Below, piece after piece: positions 10,255 through 20,923 of a DNA stretch of 64,000 nucleotides. Under the pieces are notes generated by a model, which was given only the letters and a program-made list of their open reading frames with translations, was not told the origin of the DNA and ran no database searches. The position numbers were made by a program, and so were the translations under genes. The stretch lies in NCBI GenBank assembly GCA_965224085.1, contig CBDCYI010000005.1:768001-832000 (forward strand). Reading direction: 5' to 3'. This DNA is from Candidatus Marinacidobacterales bacterium. Lineage in GTDB: Bacteria > Acidobacteriota > Vicinamibacteria > Marinacidobacterales > SMYC01. The stretch's first letter is position 1, and every line of letters begins with the position of its first letter.

Positions 10255-10528
10255 AAATCCCTCCTCTTGAATCGGGCCGCCAGCCCATAGGGCGCCTCGA
10301 GACGAGGGTCCGTTTTTTCGACTGCCGCGCTAAAGGGGCCAACGTCCCACGGTCGTGTGTGGGGTGGGATTGCCCAGGGGCAGGTGACCACCGTGAGCGC
10401 ATCGTAGATCCGTTCGCTCCCGGACGCAAGCACTTGGTAGTCTGTCTCAGTAAAGCGTTTGGTCTTCGCCGCGCACGCGGATCAACTCTTTGTAATGTTC
10501 CAGAATGAATGATGAATGATGGCGACGA

Positions 10529-10723
10529 GTGAGCTCTTCGCTCGAAGGCACGATGGTTCCACTCGTCACCCCTTTTGACGACTTGGACTGGATGGCGCGC
10601 ACGAACAATCCGACCGGCATCATCAAAGCGGGTCTACGGGCCCAAGAGCTCCCGTGGGCCTCCCGCGCGCGCCTGGCCGCGACTTGGAAAGCGACGAGCT
10701 CGCGAGCTTCGACGAAGCGCTAG
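10529..10723 (+). pseudogene. collapsed DapA-family remnant
   Basis: Begins LEGTMVPLVTPFDD (DapA N-terminus), immediately followed by NPTGIIKAGL (DapA C-terminal-like); only 64 aa. Confidence 0.55.
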
Positions 10724-10728
10724 AGCAG

Positions 10729-11943
10729 TTACTCGCCTACGGGCTTTGAGCTCACGAGCTCCTTCGCCTTTCGGATTACCACAGCGGGGGTAATCCTCTT
10801 TAGACATTGGCTGTCCCCATCGCAGGGCGACGCGCGATGGTTGTAGGCCATAACGCACGGCGAACAAGAGAGGTTCAAGTAGAAGTGATGCACTTTTTTT
10901 TGGAGGCTTCCATAGAGCACCGGCGTTTCCGGGCCATAGAGAATGATGCTCGGGATGGGTGCCATCGCCGCGAAATGTCCCGGCCCACCATCGTTCGTGA
11001 CGAGCAAATCCGCCACATGGAAGAGCACCATGAGCTCGCGCACCGTCTTGGTGTATCCGGTCACGTCGAGACAATCGGCTTCGCCAATCGCCTCCTGGAG
11101 CTTCGTGGCCAAAGGCTTGTCGGCCACGAGGCCGATCACGCCGACGACGAATCCCTCGTTAGCCATTGCCGAAGCCAGCTCGACATAGGACTCGATGGGC
11201 CAGGCGCGGATGGGCAGAAGGCCCCCGCCAGGATAGAGGAGCACGAGGCGCCGGCCTCCCGCCGCGGGAAAGCTGTCTTCGAAATGTCGCCGCGCCGTCT
11301 CGAGCTCCCCCTCCACCAGCTTCATCCGCGGCAGCGTGAGGTCGGCGTCCACGATGGGGCGCTTCACCGTGGGCACCCCGCTTCCTTCGATGGCCTCCGC
11401 AAGCGTCAAGAACTGCTGTGCGGTGTGCTGATAAGGGTTGTAGAGAACCGGGCGATTGATGAAGCTTCCCCGGTAGAGTCCTTCTTGCGTGTGCCGCTCG
11501 AAGCCGACACGCACACGCGCTCCACTCGCGATCGAGTAGATCGAGCTGACGCGGGAGAAGAGCTCGCAGTCGACAACCGTATCGATGCCGATGAAACGCA
11601 GCATCTTGATGGCTGCGAAGCTGTCTTGCCGGAGCGCCTTCAGCGAGCTATTTCGCACCGTGAGGATATGACCTTCTGGAATTATTTCGAGAAGCTCGAG
11701 CACTTCCTTGTTCTGTTGAAAGACGAGCGCATAGAGCGCGGCCTCGGGGTACTTCTCTCGAAGCCGCAAGAGCATCGGGCGTGCGAGAAAAAGACTCCCC
11801 ATCTCGGAGAGCAGGATCACGAGGATCTTCTTGGGTCGCGGCGCGTCCGCGGCGCGATCGCGTGCCCGCGGCAATAGCGACAGCAACCGGCAAATCGGCA
11901 CGCCGAGATAGCGGTCGACGCGCCGCTGAGATTCGATGTTCAC
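10729..11943 (-). CDS. glycosyltransferase family 9 (heptosyltransferase-like)
   Basis: SEMGS, RAWP, VTNDGGPGH, LYGPETP, CSPC; GTG start at 11943 overlaps the upstream stop (GTGA). Confidence 0.88.
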   Translation of the reverse strand: MNIESQRRVDRYLGVPICRLLSLLPRARDRAADAPRPKKILVILLSEMGSLFLARPMLLRLREKYPEAALYALVFQQNKEVLELLEIIPEGHILTVRNSSLKALRQDSFAAIKMLRFIGIDTVVDCELFSRVSSIYSIASGARVRVGFERHTQEGLYRGSFINRPVLYNPYQHTAQQFLTLAEAIEGSGVPTVKRPIVDADLTLPRMKLVEGELETARRHFEDSFPAAGGRRLVLLYPGGGLLPIRAWPIESYVELASAMANEGFVVGVIGLVADKPLATKLQEAIGEADCLDVTGYTKTVRELMVLFHVADLLVTNDGGPGHFAAMAPIPSIILYGPETPVLYGSLQKKVHHFYLNLSCSPCVMAYNHRASPCDGDSQCLKRITPAVVIRKAKELVSSKPVGE

Positions 11944-13595
11944 ATTCGGCCCCGGCGAAAACGGCGCACCACGAGCTCTTGGCGGACGAGGAGGTGGAGC
12001 TCGCGCTCGAACGCGATGCGCCACATCTCGGATAGCGAATGCCGTGACGTCAGATCGAGACGGCGCGCGAGAACCCGGAACGGTCCCGTGGCCGTCTCGC
12101 CGACAGCTCGACGCACGACGACCATCCGACCCGATGCGAGGAGGTGCTTTAGGCGAGCGCTGTCCGACGGGTCGTAGCTTTCGACGCGCATTCCCGGAAG
12201 GAGAAAACGGTGTTGCTGGTGCCTACGAACGAAATCCTCGGGGACATAAACGCGTCTGCCCGCGAGGCGCGCGACGCGGGCCGGTTCGAACCGGCCCGCG
12301 GGCCCCTCGAAGGGCGCGGTCGCCGTCGTGAGAGACAGGAAGCTCAGAAACACTAGGGCATGGAAAAGTTGGGGCGCTCGACGCACCGAGAACGTGGCGA
12401 AGAGCCAGCCGCCGAGCGCTAACACGGGCACGGCGAGCTGCCACGGAGCATAGCTTCCGGCCGGCAGAAAGTCGCTCCGTGCGGCCCACATGAGGGAGAT
12501 AAGCACGACGAGCATCGCGATTCCGGGGAGATGGAACAGACGGAACCAGCGAGGGTCGATCGACGGCCACCGCATCGCGAGCAAAATCGAAAGCGCCGGG
12601 ATGGTTGGGATCAGATAGTTTTCCTGGCGCTGGCTCGGGACGGAAAACACGATGAGAAAAGACAGCACGAGAATCCACAAACCCTTCTCGTCCACCGTGG
12701 CGCTCTTGCGTTCGCGCACGCTCCGGACCACGAGATAGATGAGAGGGACGGCGAAAAGGCCCGCATTGCCGATGTGTCCGAGCCAGAGACGGTAGATCGG
12801 ATAAGGCTAGGCAAAAAGCTTCTGAAAATAGCCTTCGCCGCCGAGCTTCCGGAGATTCTCTTCGAGGACGAAGTGCTGCAAGATCGCACCGGGCTCGGGA
12901 TCGAAGAGGGGCCATACCGCAAAGCAGCCCAGCGCCACGATCACCGCCACCGCAATCCGCAGCGCGTCTCGAACGAGAAAATCACCTCGCTCCATGAAGG
13001 TAAACCAGGTTAGGGCGAGTCCCACCGGTGCTACCAGCGCAAAGGATTTGAACAAGCACGCGATTCCAAGAGACACACCGATGCCCACCCAGAGCGCGAG
13101 CCGATCCCGGTATCGACGCCCGAGAAGCAGGATCGCGAAGGACAGAAACACGAACAAGGATTCCAGTTGGTTTGTCAGAAAAGGCCGGCCGTATTGAAAG
13201 CTCGAATAGAACCCGAGAAAGGTCAAGCCACCAAGTACGCCCCGCATGCGGTCTTTCGTCAGCCGCTCGGTCACGAAAAAGACGAGCGCCGCCAAGAGAA
13301 ACGTGCACAGGGCGATGGGCAGCCTCAATCGAAAGAGCGTGAAGTGACGACCCCAATGGGTCGAGGCGATCCCAATCCAATATAGAAGCGGCGGCTTCGT
13401 GTTCTCGAGCCCGGGCGCGGTCTTTAGCGGAAGCCAGGCGCCGCTCGCGCCCGTCAGACGCGTGATTTCAATATACGGCGCTTCGTCCCCGATATGCGGG
13501 ATGTAGAGACCGTCGAGCGCGTACAGATAGGCGACGACGGCGAGGACAAACACCCCCAGCCACCAGAAGCGCGCGGGTTTCCAGGTGGCGCTCAC
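11940..13595 (-). pseudogene. ArnT/GT39-like lipid-carrier glycosyltransferase interrupted by an in-frame TAG (12809-12807)
   Basis: GDEAPY, TKPPLLYW, multiple TM helices, RQENYLIP; both ORF halves are in one frame, reading KLFA*PYPIYRLWLG. Confidence 0.75.
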
Positions 13596-14203
13596 TCCAC
13601 GCGCAGCGCCTCGATAGGATCGACGCGGGTGGCGCGCCGCGCCGGCAGGTAGCTCGCGACGAAGGCGGCGAGCCCGAGAACGACGGCCACCGAGACGAAT
13701 ACGGCCGGGTCGAGCGTGCCCACCCCATATAGCTGCCCTGATAAGAACCGGGTGAGCCCGAGCGCTGCGATGAGCCCGAACGCCATCCCGAGGCCGACAA
13801 GGGTCATGCTGTTGCGCACGACGAGACGCACGAGGTCGACTCCGGAGGCGCCGAGCTCCATGCGGAGCCCCATCTCCGTCGTGCGCTGAGACATCGAATA
13901 AGCAATAACGCCAACCACTTCGGCCTTACCGTGTGGATTGTCTATGATCTTGCCGATAGGATCTTTCCAATCGAGAAAGGTCGGCGGAGACACGAATTCA
14001 GTGCCGCCTTCCGGTTTTCGCTCCCAGGCCGCGACGAGCTCCTCCGAATCGTTGTACGGAAGGGCATCGAGCAAAACACCTTTGACGAGGCTAAAAATAG
14101 CCGTGTTCGCGCCAATGCCGAGCGCCAGCGTAAGAAGCGCCACGACCGAGAACACCGGTTGGCGAACGAGTGTGCGGAACGCGTATTTCAAATCGTGCAT
14201 CAT
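13592..14203 (-). pseudogene. ADOP/MacB-FtsX ABC permease, internally deleted but still in frame (203 aa)
   Basis: Typical N-terminus DLKYAFRTL...TLALGIGANTAIFS and C-terminus SQRTTEMGLR...PARRATRVDP joined through a short DPIGK...EVVGVI piece; intact members are ~800 aa. Confidence 0.8.
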
Positions 14204-14287
14204 GAGCGCGCAAAGAATATCACCGAGGCCTTTCGGTCGCGAGTCGGCTCGTGACTTCTAAGGCCAAGGCCACTAGAATCCACGCGT

Positions 14288-16225
14288 ATGAATCTTCGAC
14301 ACGGTCTCCTTACTGCTATCGTCGTGCTCTCGTGCTCCACGCTCATGGCTCAACATGGAGCTCAAAATGGAGAGTGGCCTTATTACGGAGGCGATCTTGG
14401 CAGCACGCGCTACGCCCCGCTCGACCAGATCAACCGGGACAACGTCTCCGAGCTCGAGATCGCCTGGCGCTGGAACGGTAACAATCTCGGTCCTGGCCCC
14501 GACATCAACTTCCGAGCGACGCCGATCATGATGAACGGGGTGATGTATACCACCGCCGGCACGCGCCGCGCCGCAGTGGCGATCGACCCCGAGACCGGCG
14601 AAACGCTCTGGATCTATCGTTTCGAGGAAGGCGAGCGCGCGAAGAGCGCGCCGCGCAAGACATCGGGCCGCGGCTTGTCCTATTGGACGGACGGCGAGGA
14701 CGAGCGCATCTTCTTCCTCACGCCAGCGCACTACTTGGTAGCACTCAACGCCAAGACGGGACGGCCCTACCCGGATTACGGGCGGGATGGGATCGTCGAC
14801 CTCAGAGAAGGCTTGGACCAGAACGTCGACCTCATGAACGATCCCGTCGGCTCGAGCACGCCCGGGATCGTCACCGGAGATGTCATCGTCATCGGCAACG
14901 CTTTTCCGGCGGGCGGCGTGCCACCGACCAAAGAAATGCCCGTGGGCCACATCCGAGGTTATGACGTGCGGACCGGCGAGCGGAAGTGGATTTTCCACAC
15001 CGTACCGCGACCTGGCGAGGAGGGGCACGACACTTGGGAAGGCGATTCTTGGAAATATACGGGGAACGTTTCCGTGTGGACGTCCATGTCCGCGGACCCG
15101 GAGCTCGGCTACGTGTATCTTCCGACCGAAGCGCCGACTGGGGACTATTACGGCGGTCATCGACACGGCGATAATCTTTTTTCTCAGAGCCTCGTGTGTC
15201 TGGACGCGAGAACGGGAAAGCGCGTCTGGCATTATCAATTGGTCCATCACGGCATCTGGGACTACGACCTTCCGGCCGCTCCCGTGCTCGCCGACATCAC
15301 CGTCGACGGCAAGAAGGTGAAAGCCGTCGCCCAAGTCACGAAACAGGCATTCACGTTCGTTTTCAATCGAGAGTCGGGTGAGCCCGTTTGGCCGATCGAG
15401 GAACGTCCGGTCCTGCAGACTAAAATCCCTGAAGAGAAAACGGCACCGACCCAACCCTTCCCGACGAAACCCGCGCCGTTCGATCGCCAAGGTGTGAGCG
15501 AGGACGATCTCATCGACTTCACTCCGGAGCTCGAGAAACAAGCCCTGGAGATTGGCGCGACCTACACGCTCGGCCCGCTTTTCACGCCGCCGACCGTTGT
15601 GACCGAGACCAACAAAGGAACGCTCAATCTGCCGGGCTCTCAAGGCGGCGCGAACTGGCAGGGCGCGGCCTTCGACCCGGAGACGGGCTATCTCTACGTC
15701 TCGTCCTCAACCGACCCGACACCGATCGGTCTCGTGCATTCCCCGAACTTGTCCAACATGGACTACGTCCGCGGACGACGGTTGCGCCTACCCGAAGGGG
15801 GTGGCCCACAGGGACTCCCTCTCATCAAGCCCCCTTGGGGCCGTATCACAGCCATCGATTTGAACACGGGTGAGCACGTGTGGATGATGGCGAACGGCGA
15901 AGTCCCGGACTATGTCCGCGAGCACCCAGCGCTCGAAGGTGTTGCGCTTCCACGCACCGGGCGGCCGGAGCGCGTAGGCTTGCTCGTCACGAAAACGCTC
16001 TTGTTCGCCGGTGAAGGCAGCGGTCTTTTCGGCATGTTTGGCGGTGGCGGCCCGCTTCTTCGAGCACACGATAAGGCCACCGGCGAGATCGTTTCGGAAT
16101 TCGAGCTACCGGCGCACCAGACCGGTGTGCCAATGACCTATATGCACGAAGGCGTGCAATACATCGTCGTCGCCGTAGGAAAGCGCGAGCACTCTGCGGA
16201 GCTCGTAGCGCTCCGGCTACCTTAG
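14288..16225 (+). CDS. PQQ-dependent (glucose/quinate-type) dehydrogenase
   Basis: Signal peptide; EWPYYGGD..STRYAPLDQIN, HHGIWDYD, GGANWQG, KPPWG. Confidence 0.92.
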   Translation: MNLRHGLLTAIVVLSCSTLMAQHGAQNGEWPYYGGDLGSTRYAPLDQINRDNVSELEIAWRWNGNNLGPGPDINFRATPIMMNGVMYTTAGTRRAAVAIDPETGETLWIYRFEEGERAKSAPRKTSGRGLSYWTDGEDERIFFLTPAHYLVALNAKTGRPYPDYGRDGIVDLREGLDQNVDLMNDPVGSSTPGIVTGDVIVIGNAFPAGGVPPTKEMPVGHIRGYDVRTGERKWIFHTVPRPGEEGHDTWEGDSWKYTGNVSVWTSMSADPELGYVYLPTEAPTGDYYGGHRHGDNLFSQSLVCLDARTGKRVWHYQLVHHGIWDYDLPAAPVLADITVDGKKVKAVAQVTKQAFTFVFNRESGEPVWPIEERPVLQTKIPEEKTAPTQPFPTKPAPFDRQGVSEDDLIDFTPELEKQALEIGATYTLGPLFTPPTVVTETNKGTLNLPGSQGGANWQGAAFDPETGYLYVSSSTDPTPIGLVHSPNLSNMDYVRGRRLRLPEGGGPQGLPLIKPPWGRITAIDLNTGEHVWMMANGEVPDYVREHPALEGVALPRTGRPERVGLLVTKTLLFAGEGSGLFGMFGGGGPLLRAHDKATGEIVSEFELPAHQTGVPMTYMHEGVQYIVVAVGKREHSAELVALRLP

Positions 16226-17016
16226 AGTGCTCGTCGGTAGCGGGCGAGAAGAGATCGGTATTCCGAGGCCTTGAAGACGGGATAGCGCAAACGCGCGAAT
16301 TGGGCGAGCTCCTCGGCGGTAGGAAACGTAAAGTAGTTCCCCGCACCGGCCTCCTGTTCTCGCGTCTCGAGCGTTTCTCCCGCCGCGAGCTTCGCGATCG
16401 CTTTTTCGACGAGTCGCGCGCCGGGCGCGTAGAGACTCAAGACGTGGCCGAACAGAGAACCATTCGCGTCGACGGCGACGCGAGCTTCATCGACGATGGG
16501 ACCGTTATCAATGGTCGCGTCCGAGATGACATGGAGCGTGCAGCCTATTTCGTCGTCGCCAGCGAGAAGAGCTTGAAACGTCGCGAGAATACCGCGATAG
16601 CTCGGCAACAAACCAGAATGCAGATTGAGTACGCCGAGCCTCGGGACGGCGACGAACGCGTCCTTGAAAATACGTCCATAGCGGATCGAGACGACGAGGT
16701 CGGGGGCGAGGACTCCGAGCCGCTCGATGAAGGGAGGCTCATTCGGCTGATGAACGGTCTCGAGACGACTCGCGAAGCGACGGCCGAGCTCCGCGAAGCT
16801 CAGAAGCTCGCCGGGCTCGTCGACGCCGGGATACACGTGCTCGTTGGGGATGTCCTGCTCGATGAGGCGCAGAAGATCGAGCGTCTCGTGCCCCGGCGCG
16901 CGACCGACCTTATCGGAAAAGAAGAGCGAGACCTCGTGATCTCGAAGCACGTCCTTCAAGTGGTTTAACGCAACGTTCGCGTGGATGTCACGATTGAGGA
17001 AAAAGGCGATCTTCAT
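16222..17016 (-). CDS. formyltransferase family protein
   Basis: LNLHSGLLPSYRG motif, GCTLH, IDNG. Confidence 0.85.
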   Translation of the reverse strand: MKIAFFLNRDIHANVALNHLKDVLRDHEVSLFFSDKVGRAPGHETLDLLRLIEQDIPNEHVYPGVDEPGELLSFAELGRRFASRLETVHQPNEPPFIERLGVLAPDLVVSIRYGRIFKDAFVAVPRLGVLNLHSGLLPSYRGILATFQALLAGDDEIGCTLHVISDATIDNGPIVDEARVAVDANGSLFGHVLSLYAPGARLVEKAIAKLAAGETLETREQEAGAGNYFTFPTAEELAQFARLRYPVFKASEYRSLLARYRRAL

Positions 17017-17186
17017 GGCCCGGCGGGCCAAGCATACCGCGCCTAGCGGATCCCGCGCGCCGAGTTGCTCTACTCTCACCTCTCATTGGGCGCCGGTTTG
17101 CTCCTGTTGACCCGAATCTGAGACTATCCTCCCGGCCAGCATGGTCGTACTGTTTTTTGATGATCAACCGCTAAATGGAGGAAGTT

Positions 17187-17402
17187 ATGACTGACAGCGT
17201 TTACAAAGTCGTCGAATTGGTGGGCTCGAGCGATGTTTCCTGGGAGGAAGCCGCCAAGAACGCCGTGGAGACTGCCGGCAAGAGTCTGAAAAACTTGAGA
17301 ATCGCAGAAATCAACAAGCTGGACATGGCCATCGAAGACGGGAAGGTTACCTCGTACCGTGCACGGGTGAGTCTGTCTTTCAAGTACGATCATGGCAAAT
17401 AA
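17187..17402 (+). CDS. dodecin family protein
   Basis: VYKVVELVGSS..SWEEAAKNAV...SFKY; GGAGG RBS upstream. Confidence 0.92.
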   Translation: MTDSVYKVVELVGSSDVSWEEAAKNAVETAGKSLKNLRIAEINKLDMAIEDGKVTSYRARVSLSFKYDHGK

Positions 17403-18234
17403 GCGGACAGACAGGAAGAAACCGCCGGAAGACGCGAAACTCTCGGACGCAACAAGCGAGAAGCTCAAGAAAAAAACGTACAACAAGGCTCTGGCCAACT
17501 TTCAGGTGGAGCTCGTCAAGCTCCAGAAGTGGATCCAAGACAAGGGACTCCGCGTCGTCGTTATTTTCGAAGGACGCGACGCCGCCGGCAAGGGCGGTGC
17601 CATCAAGCGCATCACCCAAAGCCTCAACCCACGTATCTGTCGCGTGGTAGCCCTAGCTACGCCGACAGAGCGGGAGAAAACCCAGTGGTACTTCCAGCGC
17701 TACGTTTCTCATCTCCCGGCCGCTGGCGAGATGGTGCTCTTCGATCGGAGCTGGTACAACCGCGCCGGCGTGGAGCAGGTGATGGGATTCTGCAGCGAGG
17801 AGGAGTACCGGGAGTTTTTGCGCTCGTGTCCGGAGTTCGAGCGCATGCTGGTTCGCTCCGGGATCAAGTTGATCAAGTATTGGTTCTCAGTGAGCGACGA
17901 AGAGCAGGAGTCTCGATTTAGACAGCGCATCAACGATCCCATTCGCCAGTGGAAGATCAGTGCGATGGATCTCAAGTCGCGGGCAAAGTGGGTCGAGTAT
18001 TCCAGGGCCAAAGACAAAATGTTCGACCACACCGATATCAAACAGGCCCCTTGGTTCGTGGTGCGAGCGGACGACAAGAAGCGGGCGCGACTCAACGTCA
18101 TCGCACATCTGCTGAGTCAGATTCCCTATGACGAGCTCGAGGACCCCGAAATCAAACTTCCCCCGAGGCAAAAGAACGTCGGTTACGTACGGCCCCCGTT
18201 GTCGGACCAAACGTTTGTGCCGGAAGTGTTCTAG
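17392..18234 (+). CDS. ppk2: polyphosphate kinase 2
   Basis: FEGRDAAGKGG, QWYFQRY, FDRSWYNRAGVE. Confidence 0.95.
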   Translation: MANKRTDRKKPPEDAKLSDATSEKLKKKTYNKALANFQVELVKLQKWIQDKGLRVVVIFEGRDAAGKGGAIKRITQSLNPRICRVVALATPTEREKTQWYFQRYVSHLPAAGEMVLFDRSWYNRAGVEQVMGFCSEEEYREFLRSCPEFERMLVRSGIKLIKYWFSVSDEEQESRFRQRINDPIRQWKISAMDLKSRAKWVEYSRAKDKMFDHTDIKQAPWFVVRADDKKRARLNVIAHLLSQIPYDELEDPEIKLPPRQKNVGYVRPPLSDQTFVPEVF

Positions 18235-18306
18235 ATCGTTAGAAATTCACCTGTACGAAGAGCTCGACATCCTCGCGGAGCGTTGCGAGCGCGAGACGCG
18301 TCATTA

Positions 18307-19920
18307 TCAGGCTTGGATTTGAACGAGCTCCGGCTCTTCGACGCCTTTGCACACCCGGCATGTCTTGGACTCGAGGATGTCCTCCCACATCGTCTCGCGC
18401 AGCCGGCGCCATTTAGGCCCGGTCCAAATCTCCTCGATGGATTGTTCGTGGACGTTTCCCATCGCTAGCGTGCCTTCGTAATCCGTGCAGCACACGGTCA
18501 CGGTTCCATCCCAGAGAATGACGAACTGCTCGTTCGGCGCCGGGCAATAACCGTCGACCTTTTGCTTCACCGCCTCACCTTGAATGATGTTGCCCCATGT
18601 GTGAAGCTCCTTCCAGAGAATATCGACGCCGGGAAGGATTTCGTAACGGCCCGTATCGGCGTCGTGCTCGAGAAAGCGAAAGCCACCATCGACGAAGTTG
18701 AGGTCGTGCTTTTTGGGCTCGAGCCCGTATTTGCGCTCGATGGAGCGCGCGAAGGAGATCCAGTCGAGCATGACCCGATCCGCCTGGCTGTTCGCCCCGA
18801 CGATCTGGATGCCGGCAGAGCCGAGCGTATTCATGATGTCGATCTCGAGCTTCGTCGAAGCACCTGTCGCGATCTTGCGCTCGACGGCCATTCTCACCTT
18901 CTCGAGATAGATATCGAAGGTGAGCTTCTTGTTCTTGACCTTGCGCGTCTCGAATGACTCCGCGTCGGGCGTCTGGTAGCTGAGGATGTAATTCGTGAGC
19001 CCCGCGCCATACAGGCCGTCGACGAGCTCGGGCGTCAGGAGGCTGCAATTGGTATTGAGCTCGATGGGAAGGCCTTTCTCCTGTTCGGCGTAGCGCACGA
19101 TGTCCACGAGCCGCGGATGGATCGAGGGCTCGCCCATTTGATGGAGCTTGATGGGATAGAGCGGGCCGAGGCGGTTTTTCTCGCGCGCGACCTGGTCGAA
19201 AATCTTGCACGCGTCCTCGAAATCCATCAGGCCGCGCTTGCGCTCCATGATCTCGTCCGGGCAGAACGTGCAGTGGAAGTTGCAGAGGTTCGTGATCTCG
19301 ACGAAGAGCCACCAAATGGGATAGACGCGCTCGGGAGATTTTCGAATCGACGGGAGAGGTGCACGCGCGGTGAAGCCCGTCATGTCTCCGGGGAGCTCGC
19401 TTTGGACTTTGGTCGAGACAGCCACGCGGCCGATGTGGAAATCCTGGCGGATCTCCATCCGGAAGCTTGCTCCAACGTTCTGCGAGCGAGCCCCGCCATC
19501 GACACCGAAGTCGAAGTCCTCAATAAGAAATCGCGCGCGCTTCCACGTCGGCTTTGCGGTCGTAACGCCGTCCCAGCGCTGCTCGGCTTCCTTGTAGAGC
19601 CCGCCATAGGGTGCGTCCTTGTCGGTCGAGACATATTGCAGCCGGAAGGTAGCGAACTCGTTGCCGAAATAGTCGACCTCGATGACGGCGCGCGGCGCGA
19701 GCTTTCGTTTGAGCGCATCGCTCAAGCGAAAGTAGAGATATTGCGACCACGCTTCCGGCGTGACGGCAGATCGACCCGCTTTGTCGACGATGTCATAGCG
19801 GCCGTCGCCCTCGTTCACGAGCTCGATGGCGCCGTCCGCACTCGCGACTCTCGGGAGCACGAACTCGGCAACCTGCGCGCTCGCCGGACGCCCGAGAACA
19901 CGATCGATCAAGGTCGCCAT
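18307..19920 (-). CDS. radical SAM/SPASM protein with extra N-terminal domain
   Basis: CNFHCTFC, GEP; SPASM/Twitch cysteines CPAP...CCTD...CRVC. Confidence 0.9.
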   Translation of the reverse strand: MATLIDRVLGRPASAQVAEFVLPRVASADGAIELVNEGDGRYDIVDKAGRSAVTPEAWSQYLYFRLSDALKRKLAPRAVIEVDYFGNEFATFRLQYVSTDKDAPYGGLYKEAEQRWDGVTTAKPTWKRARFLIEDFDFGVDGGARSQNVGASFRMEIRQDFHIGRVAVSTKVQSELPGDMTGFTARAPLPSIRKSPERVYPIWWLFVEITNLCNFHCTFCPDEIMERKRGLMDFEDACKIFDQVAREKNRLGPLYPIKLHQMGEPSIHPRLVDIVRYAEQEKGLPIELNTNCSLLTPELVDGLYGAGLTNYILSYQTPDAESFETRKVKNKKLTFDIYLEKVRMAVERKIATGASTKLEIDIMNTLGSAGIQIVGANSQADRVMLDWISFARSIERKYGLEPKKHDLNFVDGGFRFLEHDADTGRYEILPGVDILWKELHTWGNIIQGEAVKQKVDGYCPAPNEQFVILWDGTVTVCCTDYEGTLAMGNVHEQSIEEIWTGPKWRRLRETMWEDILESKTCRVCKGVEEPELVQIQA

Positions 19921-20915
19921 TGATTCGTCCTTCTCTCCAGGCTAAAAAAGCTCCCGACGATCTCATCGATCCAGGGCTCGATGGCATAGTACACCCGATT
20001 GCGCGCGTTGAACTTGTAAATGAAGCTTTTTCGGTCGTTCACGAAATAAACCGTGCGCTCGAGATGACTGGCGAGCTGAGTCTCGACGGCGTAGAGGGTC
20101 GAGATCGCGCCCACCTCTTCCATGACTTCGTGCTTCAGGAGCCGATAGGTATCGCCGAGTAGCTCGGCGCGCTCGACATAGAAACTCTCGACGGTGACTT
20201 CGGGCGCGACTCGATTCACGGTGACCTCGAGCGTCGCGTGTACCGTCATACCATCTTTTTCGACCGCGAGCGGCGTGCTGCGAAAGCCGACGAAGAGCGA
20301 CTCGCCGGCTTTGGCGGCCGCGTGGGTGCGCGCCCAGCTACGGGGATGTTTGATCACGAACTCGCCGTCCGGCGCCTCGTAGGCGTCGAAATACTTTCCC
20401 TGCTCGAGCGAGAACTCGCCGTACATGCGGTTGACGGCATCGCCATACGCTTCGAGGGTGCGCGTCTCGCCCGTGACATAGAGGCCGTAGAGCCGGCCAT
20501 CCACATCGGTAAGCATCAGCTTCGAAGCTTCGTCGCCGTCCATGGAGAGAAACGACCAGAACTTCCCATCCGAGCCGTGTAACGAGTAGTTCTCTTCGCG
20601 CTCGATCTCGAGCTCGCGGCGAAATCGCGCCGCCACGTCGTCCACGGCGCCGTCGGGCATCGGCCCCGCCAAAATCTGCGCGCGAATACCCGGCCGATCG
20701 GGAACGTCGATGGAGCGCCCGGTGAAGGTCTGCATGTGAAAGCCGGCCTGCATGACGGCCTCGTCCGCCGTCCAACCTTGCGGCAGAGGGAATGAAACTT
20801 GCTGGGTCGAGCTATAGACCGTGATGGGCGCAGGCGACGTTCGCAGCTCGCAGCCAATGATGATGATGCCGAAAGCGACACAAATGCCCAAGGGCCACTT
20901 ACCGAATCGTTGCAT
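19908..20915 (-). CDS. hypothetical exported protein (two PsbP-like repeats)
   Basis: Signal/lipobox IIGC; repeated SFPLPQGW and IKHPRSW segments. Confidence 0.65.
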   Translation of the reverse strand: MQRFGKWPLGICVAFGIIIIGCELRTSPAPITVYSSTQQVSFPLPQGWTADEAVMQAGFHMQTFTGRSIDVPDRPGIRAQILAGPMPDGAVDDVAARFRRELEIEREENYSLHGSDGKFWSFLSMDGDEASKLMLTDVDGRLYGLYVTGETRTLEAYGDAVNRMYGEFSLEQGKYFDAYEAPDGEFVIKHPRSWARTHAAAKAGESLFVGFRSTPLAVEKDGMTVHATLEVTVNRVAPEVTVESFYVERAELLGDTYRLLKHEVMEEVGAISTLYAVETQLASHLERTVYFVNDRKSFIYKFNARNRVYYAIEPWIDEIVGSFFSLERRTNQWRP

Positions 20916-20923
20916 GCCAATAA

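Noticed and set aside
10260-10520. Possible ncRNA or degenerate regulator gene
   Set aside because: No recognisable RNA family or protein motif
12807-12809. Pyrrolysine readthrough of the amber codon
   Set aside because: No pyl genes in the window and not a known Pyl protein family
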